Origin: Candidatus Poriferihabitaceae bacterium
GTDB taxonomy: Bacteria; Pseudomonadota; Gammaproteobacteria; Arenicellales; Poriferihabitantaceae
Length of the DNA stretch: 64,000 nucleotides
Reading direction: 5' to 3'
NCBI GenBank assembly: GCA_965237995.1
Contig: CBDEGO010000005.1
Location: 129,341-193,340, forward strand
Below, piece after piece: positions 58,302 through 64,000 of this stretch. The notes beneath the pieces were generated by a model that saw only the letters and a list, made by a program, of their open reading frames with translations, was not told the origin of the DNA and made no database searches. Position 1 is the stretch's first letter. Every line of letters starts with the position of its first letter. A program made the translations under genes and the position numbers.

Positions 58302-59783
58302 TTATTCTCCTGCAACAACTGCATCAAAGGCGGCTTTGACACCCGATATATCTGGAATGCTTGTATTAAGCTTTAATGAAGTTAGGGCTTTCACTTCTTC
58401 CGACCATTTGGTCACTGGCTCAGCACTTTGGTCAAAATACTCTACCGATGCCGCTAGTGCTGCGTTTAACTCAGCTTGATAAAGGCTTTCATTTTTGCTC
58501 AATAACGCTAATTGCGCAGCCTTTATATTAAGGCGCACCGATTCATTCATCATGAACTTAGCGTTTGAATCTAACTTCGCTGATGGCGTTTTATCAATAT
58601 TTTGAATCTTAACTAAGTCGCTTAAATCTGCAAATAATTTTTTTCCAACCGCTTTAAACGAAGAAGTTTGCGCAGCTTCCTCTCCCGCTTGCGAAGAATC
58701 AATCGAGGTTGATTTCGGCTGTTGCGCGCGTAAAGCTGCATCTTGGATAAAGGGCAATTCAACCACTTTTGCGCTAAGTGCTGCCAGCTGGGCATAAGGC
58801 GTATTTATATCTAGCACAGGCACTTGTTTTAATGCAGTTACTGCGGTGTTCAATTGTTCAACCACAGCAGTGTATTTTGCGTCATCAAGTTGCTTGCCCA
58901 ACAAACTCAAACCTTCTGCGGCCTGAGTCGTATTGCCTGTCCATGCCAAATTTCGCTCAACCGCACTCAACACCGACGCCAGTTCTTGCTGCTGCCATTT
59001 AGTAGCCGTTTCGCCAAACTGAATACTAAGCGCATTAATTGATTCTTCTGATTCAGTTTGTAACTGCATTGCGTGCTGCTCCAAAGCCTTTGATTGTTCA
59101 GCCAGCGGCGCAGTTTCTTGCTCCATCGTTGCAGTTTGCTGCTGCAACAGTTTCACCGACTCACTGTGCTGTGCTAAGCCCGCTGTTACTTCACTAAACT
59201 GCTGAGTGACCCCTTGCTCTACCTCGTCAATGCGTACTCCTACACTTGAAAGTGCTTCGGTCGTTGTTTGTTGTTCAGTCGCTAACGAAGCTATCTGAGA
59301 GTCGATAGTATTTACTTTTGCACCATTTGATTGCTGATTCAACGTGCTCTGATAATAAGCATAACCCCCTGCAGCCAACCCACCTAAGCTAAACAATAAG
59401 GCAAGCCATGCTATTCCATTGCCACTCTTTGGGGCATGTTCAGAAGACACAGAGCGCTCAGGCACAACAGTTTTAGCTTGTTTATTAGCCAGCTTTTTTG
59501 AACCGCCAGCATCAGAGTTTTTAGCAGTTGCAGAAGCTCTACTATCGGCATTGATACTTGATTCGGGGTTGGATTTAGCAGCCGCCTTTGATTTTACAGC
59601 CTCAGACTTAGCGCCCGATTCACTGCTTTTAACCTTTTCAGGCAGGGTTTCTAACTCTGTCTTAGCGACCTCTTTAGTCTTATCAACCGCAGTTGAGACT
59701 TTACTCTGCACCTTTTTTCTCGATGTTTTTTTCTTTGTAGCCACGCCCTTTTTCGGCGTACCTTTATTACTTGATTGTGCCAC
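58302..59783 (-). CDS. hemX: HemX-like protein with a K/S/A-rich N-terminal extension
   Basis: Single TM (IAWLALLFSLGGLAAGGYAYY) followed by a long Q/A-rich coiled coil, the HemX architecture. Paired with hemY. Confidence 0.65.
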   Translation of the reverse strand: MAQSSNKGTPKKGVATKKKTSRKKVQSKVSTAVDKTKEVAKTELETLPEKVKSSESGAKSEAVKSKAAAKSNPESSINADSRASATAKNSDAGGSKKLANKQAKTVVPERSVSSEHAPKSGNGIAWLALLFSLGGLAAGGYAYYQSTLNQQSNGAKVNTIDSQIASLATEQQTTTEALSSVGVRIDEVEQGVTQQFSEVTAGLAQHSESVKLLQQQTATMEQETAPLAEQSKALEQHAMQLQTESEESINALSIQFGETATKWQQQELASVLSAVERNLAWTGNTTQAAEGLSLLGKQLDDAKYTAVVEQLNTAVTALKQVPVLDINTPYAQLAALSAKVVELPFIQDAALRAQQPKSTSIDSSQAGEEAAQTSSFKAVGKKLFADLSDLVKIQNIDKTPSAKLDSNAKFMMNESVRLNIKAAQLALLSKNESLYQAELNAALAASVEYFDQSAEPVTKWSEEVKALTSLKLNTSIPDISGVKAAFDAVVAGE

Positions 59784-60068
59784 GATTTTTTCTCACTCTA
59801 TATAATTTAGCTACCTAGATAGCGTTGCTGTCGTAAAGATATCTAGGTTCAACCTGTTAATTTTACACGGTTAAAGGCGACCTTTTATCTAAATATTTAG
59901 TTATTTGGTCGGATTAGTTCTTAAATCAAGTTTAATCTATCTTACTTTAATTTACCTTTTGCACAAAAATGCCTCTAAAAACTAGCAATGCGACCTAAAT
60001 CGCTTTTACATGCATCACCGCATACTTTTGCCAAAGAATCACCAACTGTAGTTGGTTTGTTACTGATG

Positions 60069-60692
60069 TCAAGCTTCAGCGTAATTTAACCAAGTGGTCG
60101 CTATGTACTTCACCCCAGATTGCAATAGTGAATTTCGATGAACATGCGTCCAATAAGGTGGAAACAAAATCAACCTACCCTGTTCTGGCTGAATCGACAA
60201 GTTTTGAAAATTAAATTCAGTTGCTCCGCCAGGCCCGGGCACATCATTTAAATACCAAAGCGCAACCAGCACCCGTTGACTAAGCGGCCCAGCTCCCTCA
60301 TCTACATGCCAGTGGTAGTATTCTCCCTTGTTCGTCCTCTGCACATTGTAACCACTATCTTTTAGGCGAGTTGCCGAGAAAAATGGATGCTGTTTGGCCA
60401 TCTCTGCCAACGCGCTATATAAAGACTGATGCAAGCATTGATCAATTTCTTGCCATTGTGGTCGGCCACTAATATAAATATCCGTCGACCGTTTAATGGT
60501 GTCTATGACCTGTTGCTCTGCGCCTACTCTTCCTTGAACTTGTTGATCTTCGTATTGCTCGAACAGTTCAACCATACGCTGACAAATGCGCGCTTCTATT
60601 GCTTTATCTATCACATAAATAAAACTACCCGGCGCTGCTTCTTGCAAACGATATGGCGAGCTAGAAACAGGATGACTTGACATAGCAGACAA
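60069..60692 (-). CDS. 2OG-Fe(II) oxygenase superfamily protein
   Basis: HWHVDEG (HxD) and distal His in YWTHVHRNS. Confidence 0.6.
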   Translation of the reverse strand: MSAMSSHPVSSSPYRLQEAAPGSFIYVIDKAIEARICQRMVELFEQYEDQQVQGRVGAEQQVIDTIKRSTDIYISGRPQWQEIDQCLHQSLYSALAEMAKQHPFFSATRLKDSGYNVQRTNKGEYYHWHVDEGAGPLSQRVLVALWYLNDVPGPGGATEFNFQNLSIQPEQGRLILFPPYWTHVHRNSLLQSGVKYIATTWLNYAEA

Positions 60693-60799
60693 TGCAATTT
60701 AGTTCAACAAAGACATTTCTAATTATATCTGTAAAGCTTTTGCCCAACAGCGCTTAGTCTAGTAAAATTGATTGTTGCAATCACCCCAATAAAAATTCC

Positions 60800-61318
60800 A
60801 TGCAACGACAAAGCAAGTTTAGTTACGATGAAATAATCGCCTGCGGCAAGGGGGAACTGTTCGGTGAAGGCAACGCCAGATTGCCATTGCCAAATATGTT
60901 AATGATGGACAGGATAACCCATGTCTCCGACCAAGGAGGCGAATTTAACAAAGGTGAAATTATTGCTGAATTAGACATCCATCCAGACCTTTGGTTTTTT
61001 GCCTGCCATTTTGAAAGCGACCCCGTTATGCCGGGTGCATTAGGCCTAGATGCATTATGGCAACTGATCGGGTTCTACCTCGGATGGATAGGTGGCCCAG
61101 GCAGAGGTCGTGCGCTGGGCGTGGGCGAAGTTAAATTCACAGGGCAAATACTGCCGACTTCAAAAAAAGTAACTTATCACTTAAACCTTAAGCGCGTTAT
61201 TTCTCGCCGTTTGTTTATGGGCATTGCTGATGGCACTGTCGCCGTTGACGGAGAAACCGTATACAGTTGTCATGACTTACGGGTAGGTTTGTTTGAAGAC
61301 ACCGACCAAGCAGGCTAA
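60800..61318 (+). CDS. fabA: 3-hydroxydecanoyl-ACP dehydratase/isomerase
   Basis: [16 protein letters not shown]...[14 protein letters not shown] with the active-site His context. 172 aa. Confidence 0.93.
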   Translation: MQRQSKFSYDEIIACGKGELFGEGNARLPLPNMLMMDRITHVSDQGGEFNKGEIIAELDIHPDLWFFACHFESDPVMPGALGLDALWQLIGFYLGWIGGPGRGRALGVGEVKFTGQILPTSKKVTYHLNLKRVISRRLFMGIADGTVAVDGETVYSCHDLRVGLFEDTDQAG

Positions 61319-61321
61319 ACC

Positions 61322-62539
61322 ATGAAACGAGTCGTAGTTACAGGTTTAGGCATCGTATCGAGCATTGGCAACAATAAAGAAGAAGTACGAACCGCACTAA
61401 AAAATGGGCAATCTGGCATTGTCACTGCTCCAGATTATCAAGAGTTAGGTATGCGCTCCCATGTGCACGGGGCTATCAAGATGGACCCCAGTGAGCAGAT
61501 TGATCGTAAAATATACCGCTTTATGGGCGACGCCGCCGCATTCACCTATATTGCAATGCAAGAAGCAATTGAAGATGCTGGCCTGAAAGAAGCCCAAGTT
61601 GAGTCTGAACGAACCGGATTGATACTTGGCACAGGTGGTGCCTCACCTGAAAATTTAGTGAAAGCCGCCGACATTCTGCGTGACAAAGGCATACGACGCG
61701 TTGGGCCTTACATGGTGACTAAAACGATGTCGAGTACTGTGCCTGCTTGCATCAGTACGCCTTTTAAAATTAAAGGTGTTTCGTACTCTATCTCTTCCGC
61801 TTGTTCGACAAGTGCGCACTGCATCGGTCATGGCGCCGAGCTAATTCAACTTGGCAAGCAAGATGTTGTTTTTGCAGGTGGCGGCGAAGAAGTTCATTGG
61901 ACTATGTCCGTCTTATTTGACGGCATGGGTGCATTATCTAGCAAATATAATGACAGACCGACTGTCGCCTCGCGTCCTTACGACGTAGACCGAGACGGCT
62001 TTGTTATCTCTGGCGGCGGCAGCGTGTTGGTATTGGAGAGTTTAGAACATGCGCAAGCGCGCGGTGCTAAGATTTATGGGGAATTAACTGGTTATGGCGC
62101 CACTTCTGATGGCTACGACATGGTGCAACCCTCTGGAGAAGGCGCCGCACGATGCATGCGCATGGCAATGCAAGATATTGACCAGCCGATCGACTACCTC
62201 AATGCGCATGGTACTAGCACGCCAGTGGGTGACACCAAAGAACTACAAGCCGTTAAAGAAGTGTTTACTGACTACGCTCCAATTATCACCTCAACTAAAT
62301 CAGTCAGTGGTCACGCACTTGGGGCAGCAGGGTCGAATGAGGCAATTTACTCCTTATTAATGATGGAATCTGATTTTATCGCAGGCTCGGCTAACATTGA
62401 AAATATTGACCCTGAAGCAGCAGATTTTAATATCGCAAAAGACCGGATTGATAACATCCAACTCAACACCGTTATGTCAAATAGTTTTGGTTTTGGCGGT
62501 ACTAATTGCTCGCTAGTTTTTCAACGCTATACAGATTAA
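61322..62539 (+). CDS. fabB: Beta-ketoacyl-ACP synthase I
   Basis: [18 protein letters not shown], active-site [32 protein letters not shown]. Follows fabA. Confidence 0.92.
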   Translation: MKRVVVTGLGIVSSIGNNKEEVRTALKNGQSGIVTAPDYQELGMRSHVHGAIKMDPSEQIDRKIYRFMGDAAAFTYIAMQEAIEDAGLKEAQVESERTGLILGTGGASPENLVKAADILRDKGIRRVGPYMVTKTMSSTVPACISTPFKIKGVSYSISSACSTSAHCIGHGAELIQLGKQDVVFAGGGEEVHWTMSVLFDGMGALSSKYNDRPTVASRPYDVDRDGFVISGGGSVLVLESLEHAQARGAKIYGELTGYGATSDGYDMVQPSGEGAARCMRMAMQDIDQPIDYLNAHGTSTPVGDTKELQAVKEVFTDYAPIITSTKSVSGHALGAAGSNEAIYSLLMMESDFIAGSANIENIDPEAADFNIAKDRIDNIQLNTVMSNSFGFGGTNCSLVFQRYTD

Positions 62540-62629
62540 ATTGTTTCAGCTTTGGGTAGCTGACAATCAAATCATTTGAGGTTAGAATACAGCTATTATC
62601 CTAATCAACAGATACCCATTAATTTAGAT

Positions 62630-63832
62630 ATGAAAACTAAATCGGTTTCAAGCATCATCAAGGCAACAGCCGCCGTTATGTTATTTGCCAGCTTCAGCAA
62701 TCAAGTGATCGCTGCAGGCTACCAAAAAATAACGCGTTTAGGTGGCCAAGCTACTTCAATTTGTCGACCTGCAATTAACACTGGCGCAGAACTGCAATCT
62801 TTTGCACTTAATCAAGCACAAGATGTTCGCGATATTCTCAACTCAGCGGGTTGGTCCGGTAATAGCGCAGACTTACTTAGTGCCTTAGAAAATGGCCAAT
62901 TTACCGAGAAATCATATCCGGTTGGTTCAAAATTTGAATGGATGGGCCAACGCCAGTCTGGAAAGGTCATAGCCAAATCAAATAAAATTTGGGCCGGCAA
63001 GCAAGCATTTGAGGCGTTTGAAGTGAATCTAGTTTCAAATTGCCAAGTCCATAAAATCGTTATTCCTAAAGCGTGTTGTAACATATCGTTGGTTGCCAGC
63101 TCGGCGCTTAGCCATCCAAAACCATCTGTCAGATCAACCGTTAATGGCAACATGGTTACCGTCAATGTACAAAGTAATGGCAACAAAACCATTACTGAAT
63201 TAATTCATCCAAACGGCACCAAAGAAATATTGGACACCACTGGCGGTAGCTGGACAGGCGAGTTAATCCCCGGTACCTATCGTGTGTCATCTAAAACAGT
63301 CAGTGACTGCGGCGCATCTGCCCCGGTAGTTGACGTCTTTACCGTTGCCGCTATCCCAGTGGTTGTTGCACCCACAGCGTCAGTACCTACTGGCTTATTC
63401 TTTGCCCCATTTATTGGTCGCCAAGTACGCGCGATTGATCCTCCACTGATTGGTGGACAAGTGGGTTACCTTAAGCCGATCAGTAAAAATGTTGACTTCC
63501 TAGTACAAGGCGGCGCATCTTATAACATCAAACATGACGAGTTATCCTTATTCGTTGATGTAGGCTTAGAGCGCAGAATTGGCAGCAACGGTGGATTTAT
63601 TGGTGGCGGCGTCGGACTGTGGGATTTCCAAACCAATGACTATTTAATCAACGGCGAAAATAAGTACACCAGAGAAGATACCAGCTACTTTATCCATGGC
63701 GGCGCTAATACTAAATGGAGCTATAATGGAAACGCTGTTCAGTGGTTTGCAGAAGGGCGCGTATTCAGCGACTTCACTGACGACCTAGCCCATCATAACG
63801 TATTCAAACTAGGTCTGAGATATCACAAATAG
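62630..63832 (+). CDS. Hypothetical secreted / outer-membrane protein
   Basis: Signal peptide (AAVMLFASFSNQVIA/AG). The Gly-rich C-terminal half has alternating hydrophobic strands, suggesting a beta-barrel. Start moved to the ATG at 62630. Confidence 0.45.
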   Translation: MKTKSVSSIIKATAAVMLFASFSNQVIAAGYQKITRLGGQATSICRPAINTGAELQSFALNQAQDVRDILNSAGWSGNSADLLSALENGQFTEKSYPVGSKFEWMGQRQSGKVIAKSNKIWAGKQAFEAFEVNLVSNCQVHKIVIPKACCNISLVASSALSHPKPSVRSTVNGNMVTVNVQSNGNKTITELIHPNGTKEILDTTGGSWTGELIPGTYRVSSKTVSDCGASAPVVDVFTVAAIPVVVAPTASVPTGLFFAPFIGRQVRAIDPPLIGGQVGYLKPISKNVDFLVQGGASYNIKHDELSLFVDVGLERRIGSNGGFIGGGVGLWDFQTNDYLINGENKYTREDTSYFIHGGANTKWSYNGNAVQWFAEGRVFSDFTDDLAHHNVFKLGLRYHK

Positions 63833-63851
63833 GACACTGTTCTCACTTAAC

Positions 63852-63879
63852 AAAAAAGCGGCTTTTTAGCCGCTTTTTT
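63852..63879. terminator. Bidirectional rho-independent terminator
   Basis: AAAAAAGCGGC-TTTTTA-GCCGCTTTTTT sits between convergent genes. Confidence 0.75.
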
Positions 63880-63919
63880 ATCGCCTATCCGTTTTGTATT
63901 TTTGCTGCGCTAACTCTAA

Positions 63920-64000
63920 TCAACATAATAAGCTCTCGCAGGCGATACGGATCACCGCTAAGCCTTCATTCACTTCTTCTTCGCTAATAATAAGTGGTGG
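63920..64000 (-). CDS. C-terminal 26 codons of a probable class-III (omega) aminotransferase; 5' part lies beyond window
   Basis: Own translation of the minus strand: PPLIISEEEVNEGLAVIRIACESLLC*. PPLxIxxxExxEGL is the typical C-terminal strand/helix of class-III aminotransferases. Confidence 0.4.
   Translation of the reverse strand, partial: PPLIISEEEVNEGLAVIRIACESLLC

Overview
The window reads as chromosomal DNA from a marine-type gammaproteobacterium. This is inferred from conserved gene blocks: etfBA, pckA, ilvY-ilvC, rsmA-pdxA, hslVU, sspAB, petABC, mutM, hemXY and fabAB. I saw no rRNA, tRNA or CRISPR array. Most of the window is ordinary core genome, about 50% G+C in spot counts of single 60-nt lines. 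Two AT-rich accessory inserts stand out, at about 28-35% G+C in spot counts.

(1) 15.04-22.03 kb is an IS-bounded island that abuts and rewrites the 3' end of pckA. It carries a minus-strand cargo of sulfotransferase, IucD-like flavin N-hydroxylase, EamA exporter and a helical heme-oxygenase-like protein. It also holds tandem repeats and two nested IS3-family elements. I read the cargo as a cryptic small-molecule cluster.

(2) 24.5-27.1 kb is a compact three-gene minus-strand operon between avtA and an FAD/NAD(P)-binding protein gene. It encodes a complete stand-alone AroQ chorismate mutase, a 3-TM membrane protein, and an ORC/Cdc6-like AAA+ ATPase with a C-terminal winged helix. I do not recognise this gene combination as any described system. 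It is my best candidate for a novel conflict or defence-type module.

Also notable are an aprM-aprB-aprA (APS reductase) cluster, an alkyltransferase-like (ATL) protein, and a block of secreted hypothetical proteins at 50-53 kb.
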